A stretch of DNA of 49,468 nucleotides, taken from NCBI GenBank assembly GCA_003661605.2, contig QMWL02000001.1, forward strand, positions 1-49,468, written 5' to 3'. A program made the translations under genes and the position numbers. The notes under the pieces are model-generated. The model searched no databases and was not told the origin of the DNA. It worked only from the letters and a program-made list of their open reading frames with translations. This stretch comes from an archaeon (GTDB lineage: Archaea; Thermoproteota; QMWL01). This document shows positions 10,228-16,854 of this stretch, piece after piece; the stretch's first letter is position 1, and every line of letters begins with the position of its first letter.

Positions 10228-10575
10228 ATGAACGAGACTTTTCATACGGTTGCTCAGGAGTTAAAGCGGGTTCTCTTTGCCATTCAAGCAAGTGGTCTTT
10301 CCAACGAGTTTAATGAGGAGCTGCGTGTTGTTGCAAACACAATAACTCTAATCGAAGAAGCTGCCTCTTCAGACACGATACCTTCGTTTCGTCTTCTCCT
10401 GGCGCTTCATAAGACCTCAATCGCACTTCTATCCTTGATAGCACAAATCCCTGAAACTGCACCGCGACTATCACAAGTAGAGGCGTTGGTGTCACGTTTA
10501 CACAACGAGCTCTGTAAAACTGGCTTTTACCACATGACTGGTCGAGACTCTATGGCCAGAGCAGCAGATCTCTAA
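10228..10575 (+). CDS. Hypothetical small alpha-helical protein (115 aa), possibly a distant paralog of the upstream ORF
   Basis: Starts 8 nt after the preceding ORF. Shares an ungapped DT-x3-F-x2-L-x3-H pattern at residues 49-61 with the 98-aa neighbour. Confidence 0.45.
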   Translation: MNETFHTVAQELKRVLFAIQASGLSNEFNEELRVVANTITLIEEAASSDTIPSFRLLLALHKTSIALLSLIAQIPETAPRLSQVEALVSRLHNELCKTGFYHMTGRDSMARAADL

Positions 10576-11188
10576 CACTTAGTTCCTTTGCGTTAACGCA
10601 CCATAGATGGTAGACTCCTCGCTTAGGTCGTAAGCGTTTCAACACTCCCTTAATGCCTGAAACCAGGTCCTCTGTTGCATACGTATCCATCAAGACCAGC
10701 ACCATGTGCGGAACCAGCTGACCACTTTTCACGGTCTCTTCGAGGACCTCTTCAGGCTTGTTCGGTCGCGCCCGCGGAGCTGGGCGTCGAAGCCACATCT
10801 CCATACGCTCCACCCACTTAGCTGCCTCTCGATACGCCCTCACACCTTTCTTTCGCTCAAGGGGTAGCGCTACGACAAAAAACGCATCATTACCTTTAAC
10901 TCCTACCGTTGTGATCTTTAGATCACGCACCTTACGAAAGAACTTATCAGTACCCAACTCCTCAAGATGCTTCCTCACTGCTATCTGCAGACTAAACTCC
11001 TCTAAGGACATACCCGACTTCCACGCTATTCCGTATCGAGCAGACCATAACGCAGCCTTTAGCATGGTGACGCTCTCCTCCAAAGCAGCCCTGAAGGGAG
11101 CATCTTCAGGCGTCTCCTTTAACAACTCCTGAACCTCCTCCCACAGACGCGTCAATCTTTCTACAGGGCTACTCATACAGTGTCTCAT
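10550..11188 (-). CDS. Hypothetical protein
   Basis: The listed ORF runs to 11245, but its first about 19 codons overlap the tRNA gene at 11212-11290. The internal ATGs at 11188 or 11176 (MSSPVERL...) are more plausible starts. I recognise no family. Confidence 0.5.
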   Translation of the reverse strand: MRHCMSSPVERLTRLWEEVQELLKETPEDAPFRAALEESVTMLKAALWSARYGIAWKSGMSLEEFSLQIAVRKHLEELGTDKFFRKVRDLKITTVGVKGNDAFFVVALPLERKKGVRAYREAAKWVERMEMWLRRPAPRARPNKPEEVLEETVKSGQLVPHMVLVLMDTYATEDLVSGIKGVLKRLRPKRGVYHLWCVNAKELSVRDLLLWP

Positions 11189-11211
11189 ACAGCGCAAACA
11201 TAACTGTAAGA

Positions 11212-11290
11212 TGGTGCGCCGGGCGGGATTCGAACCCGCGATCACCGGCGCGGAGGGCCGGGGTCCTAGTCCAGGCTAGACGACCGGCGC
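11212..11290 (-). tRNA. tRNA-Gly (anticodon UCC by position) with genomically encoded CCA
   Basis: The reverse complement GCGCCGGTCGTCTAGCCTGGACTAGGACCCCGGCCCTCCGCGCCGGTGATCGCGGGTTCGAATCCCGCCCGGCGCACCA folds as a cloverleaf. Stems: 7-bp acceptor, GTCT/GGAC D stem, CCGGC/GCCGG anticodon stem, GCGGG/CCCGC T stem with a TTCGAAT loop. The anticodon loop is CCUCCGC. Confidence 0.8.
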
Positions 11291-11363
11291 TATCGGACCT
11301 ATTTCCTCTAGCTGGCTTTAACGTTTTACGGAACACCGATATAGTGGTAGTGTGTAGCGTTGT

Positions 11364-11423
11364 GGGGGATGACGACTGACACCAGGACCTAGTGTAGTGC
11401 GGAAAGCGACCACTTCTGACCCC
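11364..11423 (+). ncRNA. Candidate C/D box sRNA (2'-O-methylation guide)
   Basis: GGGGG-AUGACGA (C box, 11369-11375), 12 nt, CCUA (weak D'), 5 nt, GUGCGGA (weak C', 11397-11403), 12 nt, CUGA (D box, 11416-11419), CCCC. The terminal GGGG/CCCC stem and canonical 12-nt guide spacing are present. A GATATAG TATA-like element lies about 20-26 nt upstream. Confidence 0.45.
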
Positions 11424-11429
11424 TGAAAC

Positions 11430-11437
11430 TTTAATTA
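11430..11437 (+). promoter_or_regulatory. TATA-box-like element for tRNA-Tyr
   Basis: TTTAATTA is centred about 27 nt upstream of the tRNA 5' end at 11461 and is preceded by purine-rich GAAAC (BRE-like). Confidence 0.35.
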
Positions 11438-11460
11438 GTGTATAACCTTCTCTTCAGAAG

Positions 11461-11581
11461 CCCCCGGTAGCTCAGCGTGGCAGAGCGGCCGGCTGTAGTC
11501 TCGCCCTCTGGGCGCGATCGAGTAGCCGCCGCTCGGGCAGAAACCGGCAGGTCGGGGGTTCAAGTCCCCCCCGGGGGACCA
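11461..11581 (+). tRNA. tRNA-Tyr (GUA) with a 44-nt intron and encoded CCA
   Basis: Acceptor CCCCCGG/CCGGGGG with C1-G72, the archaeal Tyr identity pair. D arm GCTC-AGCGTGGCA-GAGC. Anticodon stem GCCGG/CCGGC. Loop CUGUAG, then the intron, then A. T arm GGGGG-TTCAAGT-CCCCC. Discriminator A followed by CCA. Confidence 0.85.
11499..11542 (+). other. tRNA-Tyr intron at the canonical 37/38 position (bulge-helix-bulge)
   Basis: The 4-bp helix C93-U96 (11493-11496) pairs with 11537-11540. It is flanked by 3-nt bulges AGU (11497-11499) and AAA (11541-11543). Splicing leaves a 7-nt loop CUGUAGA. Exact cut sites are inferred from BHB symmetry. Confidence 0.6.
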
Positions 11582-11584
11582 CTA

Positions 11585-12499
11585 CTATCGTTTATGCGCT
11601 GCGCCGATCATTTCCTCTATGCTTCCATAGCCATGCCTCCTCATATACGACCGTATACCTGACAGAATTCTCGGTACAAGCTGTTCAGGCTGCTCCTTCG
11701 AAAATGCTGTTCCTATCCCTACACAGCGTGCACCTGATAAGATGAACTTCACAGCATCTACCCAACTTTCCACACCTCCACATCCTATGATTGGCTTCTC
11801 CGTTACCTCGTATAGTGTGTACACGCACGCCAGTGCGATGGGACGAAGTGCAGGCCCTGACATCCCCCCATAAGTTACCGATAGAACTGGTCGGACAAGT
11901 TCCACATCGATGTCAGTCGCTGCAATGGTGTTTGTTGCTGTAAATCCAGCAGCACCTCCATCTTCAGCGGCTTCAGCCATCTCTATGATACGCGATGGTT
12001 CAGCAGGTAGCTTCACGATTACGGGTTTTCCAGAGGCTCGAGCCACCACTCTTACCGCTTTGCGCAATAGGTCGTAGTTCGTAACAAAAGTTCCTCCCAC
12101 CTCTTTCACATGTGGACAGGACACGTTTAGTTCAACAGCTAGCAAGGGAAGCCTACGAAGTAGCCTCCCCACCACCTCTAGCTCTTCCAGACTTGTGCCG
12201 AAGATGCTGGCGATAACAGGAACCCTATTACGAAGTAAGGTAGTTATTTCCCGGATCATATGCTGCGCACCTGGGTTAGCCAGCCCCACGGCATTCAACA
12301 AACCAAACCCGAGATCTGCTACTACGGGGTTTGGATTACCATGCCATGCGTTCAGCGAAAACGACTTTGTTGTAACCGCGGCTATCCCGGATCGAAAAAC
12401 GCGTAGCATTCCATCTGCTGATAAGCCCAGAATCCCTGCAGCTAGTACGAGCGGATTACGAAGTCTACGGCCGACGAGAGTTACCGAAAGTTGAGCCAC
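11585..12499 (-). CDS. pyrD: Dihydroorotate dehydrogenase, catalytic subunit (class 1B type)
   Basis: NPLVLAAGILG, TTKS, ELNVSCPHV, and ATNT...GGMSGPALRPIAL motifs. Confidence 0.88.
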   Translation of the reverse strand: MAQLSVTLVGRRLRNPLVLAAGILGLSADGMLRVFRSGIAAVTTKSFSLNAWHGNPNPVVADLGFGLLNAVGLANPGAQHMIREITTLLRNRVPVIASIFGTSLEELEVVGRLLRRLPLLAVELNVSCPHVKEVGGTFVTNYDLLRKAVRVVARASGKPVIVKLPAEPSRIIEMAEAAEDGGAAGFTATNTIAATDIDVELVRPVLSVTYGGMSGPALRPIALACVYTLYEVTEKPIIGCGGVESWVDAVKFILSGARCVGIGTAFSKEQPEQLVPRILSGIRSYMRRHGYGSIEEMIGAAHKR

Positions 12500-12542
12500 A
12501 CATCCTTCCTTAGCATTAATTAAACAGTTTGAGACCGCCTCT

Positions 12543-13733
12543 GTGAAGGCTTACGTCTTCGACACTACCTATGGTCTATTCCTCGTCGATGAGGAGGGCA
12601 ATCACATTTACTCTATACCTTATCCTAAAGACCCCAAACAGGTAGCTGAGCGTATTCGCCACCTCGCCACAGGAACACCCGTAGAGGAGCTTGTCCGTCT
12701 TATTGAACCGTTCAAAAACACCTATGAGGCTTTTCGTTTCGAGCGCGATGAGGTAGCGGAAGCCGCGCGCAAAGCTCTTGGTGTGAACGTTGAGGTCGAA
12801 TCTCCGAGTCCCGTTGGTGTTAGGTTCCGACAACAACTACTGGACCTCGTTGTATCCAACAAATGGTTCCCAACACCCGCTGAAGCACTTCGCTTCGCAC
12901 ACGAAGTAGCATCTACTCTCTCCATCGAACAAATAGCGCGGGAAGTTATGCGTCGTGATGTCCTTGCTATTCAGGTGGTTAAGTACATTGATAGTTTAAA
13001 CGAAATAATTAACATGTTAACTAACCGTCTTGTAGAGTGGTACGGTGTTCATTTTCCAGAACTCTACAAAATAGTAGATGACCGCGAACTGTTTACACGA
13101 ATCGTCGCCGAGCTAGGAACACGTGACAACTTCACTCCCGAGAAAATTCGAGAGATTGTCGGAAGCAAGGATAAAGCAGACGCGATACTTCGAGCAGCAG
13201 ACCGATCTGTAGGTGCTCCTCTAAGAAAACCTGATACTGACCGCATCGTTAACACCGCGCATCTAATCCTCGATCTTTACAAGGAACGTGAGCGTTGTGC
13301 GGACTACCTCGACTCCATCATGAACGAAGTTGCTCCCAATATCCGCGAGCTGGTTGGAACAACGATAGGTGCTCGACTAATCGCACTAGCTGGAGGGCTT
13401 GATAAATTGGCGCGTCTTCCTTCGAGTACAATCCAGGTTCTTGGTGCAGAAAAGGCGCTCTTTCGCGCTCTCCGCCGCGGAGGTAGACCTCCCAAACACG
13501 GGGTGATATTCCAGCACCCCTGGATTCACGGATCCCCTCGTAGAATTCGAGGTCGTATCGCGCGCACCCTTGCATGTAAGCTATCAATAGCAGCTCGTCT
13601 TGACTACTTCGGCGGCGAGTTTCAGGGACCTGAACTACGGAAAGAGGTGGAGGAGCGTGTTAGAAAGCTCCGCGAGCAGTATGCACGCGAACGCCTAAAG
13701 CCTACGCGTCGGCGAAGGCGAAGAAAGCGATGA
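12543..13733 (+). CDS. nop5: Nop56/58 (Nop5) C/D box sRNP core protein
   Basis: GTG start. NOP domain LGAEKALFRALRRGGRPPKHGVIFQHPWI. Basic C-terminal tail RRRRRRKR. Directly followed by fibrillarin. Confidence 0.92.
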   Translation: MKAYVFDTTYGLFLVDEEGNHIYSIPYPKDPKQVAERIRHLATGTPVEELVRLIEPFKNTYEAFRFERDEVAEAARKALGVNVEVESPSPVGVRFRQQLLDLVVSNKWFPTPAEALRFAHEVASTLSIEQIAREVMRRDVLAIQVVKYIDSLNEIINMLTNRLVEWYGVHFPELYKIVDDRELFTRIVAELGTRDNFTPEKIREIVGSKDKADAILRAADRSVGAPLRKPDTDRIVNTAHLILDLYKERERCADYLDSIMNEVAPNIRELVGTTIGARLIALAGGLDKLARLPSSTIQVLGAEKALFRALRRGGRPPKHGVIFQHPWIHGSPRRIRGRIARTLACKLSIAARLDYFGGEFQGPELRKEVEERVRKLREQYARERLKPTRRRRRRKR

Positions 13734-14428
13734 GCGCAACAATCACCCCACACCCTGAATTCGAAGGTGTATACATAGTTGAATACCCTGATGGTACCCG
13801 CTTCATCGCAACCAAAAGCCTAGCTCGAGGTGTATCTGTCTATGGGGAGCGGGTCATTCGACGCGAAGACGAAGAATACCGTATATGGGACCCCTACAGA
13901 AGCAAGCTTGCTGCTGCTCTTCTGAAGAACCTCAAGCACTTCCCCTTCCGACTCGGCATCCGCGTTCTATACCTCGGTGCTGCTAGCGGAACCACGGTAA
14001 GCCACGTATCGGACATCGTTGGTGAAACCGGGGTAGTATATGCAGTCGAGTTCGCTCAACGAGTATTCCGCGATCTTATTCAACGTGTTGTACAGCACCG
14101 ACCTAATGTCGTTCCCATCTTCGCCGACGCACGCCTACCTGCCGACTACTCTACCTTCGTTGACGCGGTCGATGTTGTCTACTGCGACATTGCACAGCCA
14201 TTCCAAGCCGACGTTCTCGCCGATAACACAGACTACTTCCTTCGCCCAGGAGGGTCCTTCTTCCTCGCGATCAAGGCACCCAGCATTGATGTGACCGCAA
14301 AACCCTCTGAGGTTTTTGCTAAGGAAAAGCAACGTCTCGTCGAACGAGGTCTGAAGATCTTAGAGGATATCGATCTTCGCCCCTACGACGAAGCTCATCG
14401 AATGGTTGTCGGTGTTCGACCTGCATAA
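13730..14428 (+). CDS. flpA: Fibrillarin-like rRNA/tRNA 2'-O-methyltransferase
   Basis: YRIWDPYRSKLAAAL, the SAM motif VLYLGAASGTTVSHVSDIVG, and DVVYCDIAQP. The ATGA overlap with the nop5 stop indicates translational coupling. Confidence 0.95.
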   Translation: MSATITPHPEFEGVYIVEYPDGTRFIATKSLARGVSVYGERVIRREDEEYRIWDPYRSKLAAALLKNLKHFPFRLGIRVLYLGAASGTTVSHVSDIVGETGVVYAVEFAQRVFRDLIQRVVQHRPNVVPIFADARLPADYSTFVDAVDVVYCDIAQPFQADVLADNTDYFLRPGGSFFLAIKAPSIDVTAKPSEVFAKEKQRLVERGLKILEDIDLRPYDEAHRMVVGVRPA

Positions 14429-14861
14429 GGAGGATTCGGAGCGGCTTGTTCGCAAACTTATCGATATTGAAATCCAGTGGCTCAACTCCCACCTGCCCCA
14501 TCAACGAAAAACCATCGATGAGCTACTACAGGAAGACCCTCCCTACTACGTAACCGTTCGAGGCGAGCACTCCTACATTAGCCATAGCGACGTTGAAAAT
14601 GTTGCCACGCTTCTCCCCCCAGAACTTCGCCCTCACGTTCGCTTCCCCATCGTAGTACTTCGCGACCTGTCCAAGGGGGAGGGAACGCTGGTAGTATCAG
14701 GGTCTGATCACGATCGACGCTTCGTTGCAGCTCTGCTCGAAATTCCTTACAGAGGCGATGGTGAGTTGATCGTTTACTGGCCTGAGGTGCAGAAGCTGGC
14801 TAATCTGCTTGGAGGCTTGCTCTGCATAGGCTTCAGAGTTTCACGAGAAGAACCGCGTTAA
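14406..14861 (+). CDS. UPF0216/DUF61-like archaeal protein
   Basis: LNSHLPHQRKTIDELLQEDPPYYVTVRGEHSYISHSDVENVATLLPPELRPHVRFPIVVL matches my recollection of the DUF61 pattern (LN.HLP..R.SL..LL....P.V..RDGS.H.F...EL..LA..LP......LRLPIV). TTG start overlaps the flpA 3' end by 23 nt. Confidence 0.55.
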   Translation: MSVFDLHKEDSERLVRKLIDIEIQWLNSHLPHQRKTIDELLQEDPPYYVTVRGEHSYISHSDVENVATLLPPELRPHVRFPIVVLRDLSKGEGTLVVSGSDHDRRFVAALLEIPYRGDGELIVYWPEVQKLANLLGGLLCIGFRVSREEPR

Positions 14862-15518
14862 CCGCATTTGTGCGTGTTCCTCGACTAGGCGCTTCGCGGG
14901 TAAGTAGCTCCACCGCGTGAACCGCGGAAGGTGACGGTAACGCTTCCACCAAAGTTTGAGGAACTTTAGTGTTTTAGGATCCGTACAGTAGCCAGATCCA
15001 AAATCGCCATACCTCTCCTGTAACAGCAGTACGTGTCTCTCCCTTACAGTCTTTGCAACAATCGACGCTGCTGCTACTATCGGGTAGCGCGCGTCAGCTT
15101 CATGCTCGCTTACGATAGCAACGTCTTGTGAAAGGAAGCTTCGAATCGTCTCTGCAAACCGCTCTGGGTTTACATCCGCTGCGTCAACATAAGCTCTATC
15201 GGGGCTAAGCTCATTTATAATGGAAGCAAAGATTTTCGCCTCCAGTAGATTTAGCTTAGTAAGACGCTTTTGCCGCTCAACATATAGATCGATCTCGGTG
15301 GGATACACCACCCTAACCGCTACAGCTTCACACACATCAATTATCCTATCATATAGCACCTCTCGCTCCTCAGGACGTAACTGCTTCGAATCCCTAACCC
15401 CTAGCTGTCTTAAGAATTCCAGTTTGCCTTCCCTGACTAGCACTCCTGCTACGACTAGGGGACCGATAACAGGTCCTCTCCCTGCTTCATCAATGCCTGC
15501 TATTCTCAGATCACTCAA
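14841..15518 (-). CDS. rnhB: Ribonuclease HII
   Basis: IAGIDEAGRGPVIGPLVV active-site motif. The listed ORF extends to 15581 but overlaps the upstream gene by 70 nt. The in-frame TTG at 15518 gives MSDLRIAGIDEAGRG, the usual N-terminus. Confidence 0.9.
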   Translation of the reverse strand: MSDLRIAGIDEAGRGPVIGPLVVAGVLVREGKLEFLRQLGVRDSKQLRPEEREVLYDRIIDVCEAVAVRVVYPTEIDLYVERQKRLTKLNLLEAKIFASIINELSPDRAYVDAADVNPERFAETIRSFLSQDVAIVSEHEADARYPIVAAASIVAKTVRERHVLLLQERYGDFGSGYCTDPKTLKFLKLWWKRYRHLPRFTRWSYLPAKRLVEEHAQMRLTRFFS

Positions 15519-16200
15519 CCGTGGCGTGACGACGGCGCAGATCCTCCTCTGTGGCTCGCAGCACACGCATAAGCTCCGCAATAACTGCGTCTAAGAAGAC
15601 GAGTGCGGAAATTTCGAAAAGCGTGCCTAAAGGCGCTAGCTCCCCTCGAATACCTAGTATCTGGCGCGCGTTATAGTTCGACTCCGAGGCAAGCTTTGTA
15701 CGCCCTCTAACCACAACCGTATAGTCGGCAATTTTTGCGAGATCCGATTCAGGATACGATGTTACCGCAATTACTTGAGCACCTACCTCCTTAGCGGCCC
15801 GAGCAGCACTAACTACACTTGCGGTCCTTCCCGAACCCGATATTGCAAACAAAACATCCCCCCGCTGAAGCGCGGGGACAATAGTATCTCCAAGCACGTA
15901 TACTGAGAAGCCTAGGTGACTTAACCTGATAGCAAAAGCCCTTCCTACTAGACCGCTCCTCCCGCTGCCAACAACCAAGACCTTCCCACCTCGCGCTTTG
16001 GTTATGATGAGGATGTCTATCAGCTGCTTGACTTCTCTTTCATCAACCTCAGAAAGAACGCGCCGTACCAAGCGTAAGATCTCACGCCATGCTGCTCGAT
16101 AAGCAGGTAAATCAGGAGGAGGGGTTTCTACAAAGGGACGAAGCCCCACCTCTGAAGCCTCCCCTTTCCCCTCCTTATGAGTACGCTTTCCTCCCAACAC
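15511..16200 (-). CDS. SIS-domain sugar-phosphate isomerase (6-phospho-3-hexuloisomerase-like)
   Basis: VLVVGSGRSGLVGRAFAIRLSHLGFSVYVLGD...DVLFAISGSGRT is the SIS/PHI pattern. It carries a basic N-terminal extension of about 35 aa. Confidence 0.7.
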   Translation of the reverse strand: MLGGKRTHKEGKGEASEVGLRPFVETPPPDLPAYRAAWREILRLVRRVLSEVDEREVKQLIDILIITKARGGKVLVVGSGRSGLVGRAFAIRLSHLGFSVYVLGDTIVPALQRGDVLFAISGSGRTASVVSAARAAKEVGAQVIAVTSYPESDLAKIADYTVVVRGRTKLASESNYNARQILGIRGELAPLGTLFEISALVFLDAVIAELMRVLRATEEDLRRRHATVE

Positions 16201-16230
16201 GTCGCAGTCTCTCCCTTTTACAGCGCTGTA

Positions 16231-16854
16231 TTAAGTGTTGAGAGCGCTCCTAGAACGCTCGATTGCAGGTAGTATCATGTTAAGAATCCGTTGGGGCAGC
16301 GTATCTCGATTTTCTAAAGTAACTTCGAGAACTACTGCTCGTGGATGTCGTTTAATCTGCAAAATAAGCGGGTGTCGCGCACGATAATGCAAAGTTCCTA
16401 GCACCACCTTCCCACTTCGTATTGCATCCTCTACAGCTCTCACAAACCGCTCTGAGGTCAATTCCATAGGTCCAACCTCGTCTACAACTACAACATCTGC
16501 ATTCTCAACTGCGCGTTGGATTGCGCGAACACCGACATTGTTAAGATCGTCAAGGTTGACACGATACCTTCCGATGCGAGGACCGCTGGTTCTGGTTGCA
16601 TCAGCCAGCGTTCCTGTATCACCTGTCATCAGATCCTTTATCTTAAAGGCAACTCTAAATCCTCCGAATCGAACTTCCGAAGAAACCATTCCACCTACTT
16701 GATATCCTCGTTTCTTCAGCTCGTCTACAATATGCATTACAACGGTAGTTTTCCCTACTCCTGGTCTACCTGTGAGGAAAATTAGGTTTCGCAACCCCCT
16801 ATTTCCACTCCTCATTTTATGAATATCTGCAATAGTGTCGGTGATGGAGTTCAT
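16231..16854 (-). CDS. THEP1-type nucleoside-triphosphatase (NTPase_1 family)
   Basis: IFLTGRPGVGKTTVV P-loop, GGMVSSEVRFGGFRVAFKI, and VVDEVGPMEL (Walker B). The start is probably the internal ATG at 16815 (MRSGNRGLRNLIFLTG), which removes the overlap with trm1. Confidence 0.8.
   Translation of the reverse strand: MNSITDTIADIHKMRSGNRGLRNLIFLTGRPGVGKTTVVMHIVDELKKRGYQVGGMVSSEVRFGGFRVAFKIKDLMTGDTGTLADATRTSGPRIGRYRVNLDDLNNVGVRAIQRAVENADVVVVDEVGPMELTSERFVRAVEDAIRSGKVVLGTLHYRARHPLILQIKRHPRAVVLEVTLENRDTLPQRILNMILPAIERSRSALNT

Noticed and set aside
11189-11245. N-terminal extension of the 231-aa ORF (MIAGSNPARRTILQ...)
   Set aside because: These codons are the reverse reading of the tRNA-Gly T-arm and acceptor region (11212-11290). 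The CDS was trimmed to an internal ATG.
9859-11460. Integrated element targeting tRNA-Gly (att duplication or integrase)
   Set aside because: I found no direct repeat of the tRNA 3' half (GGATTCGAACCCGCG...) elsewhere in the window and no integrase-like ORF. I kept only the compositional observation.
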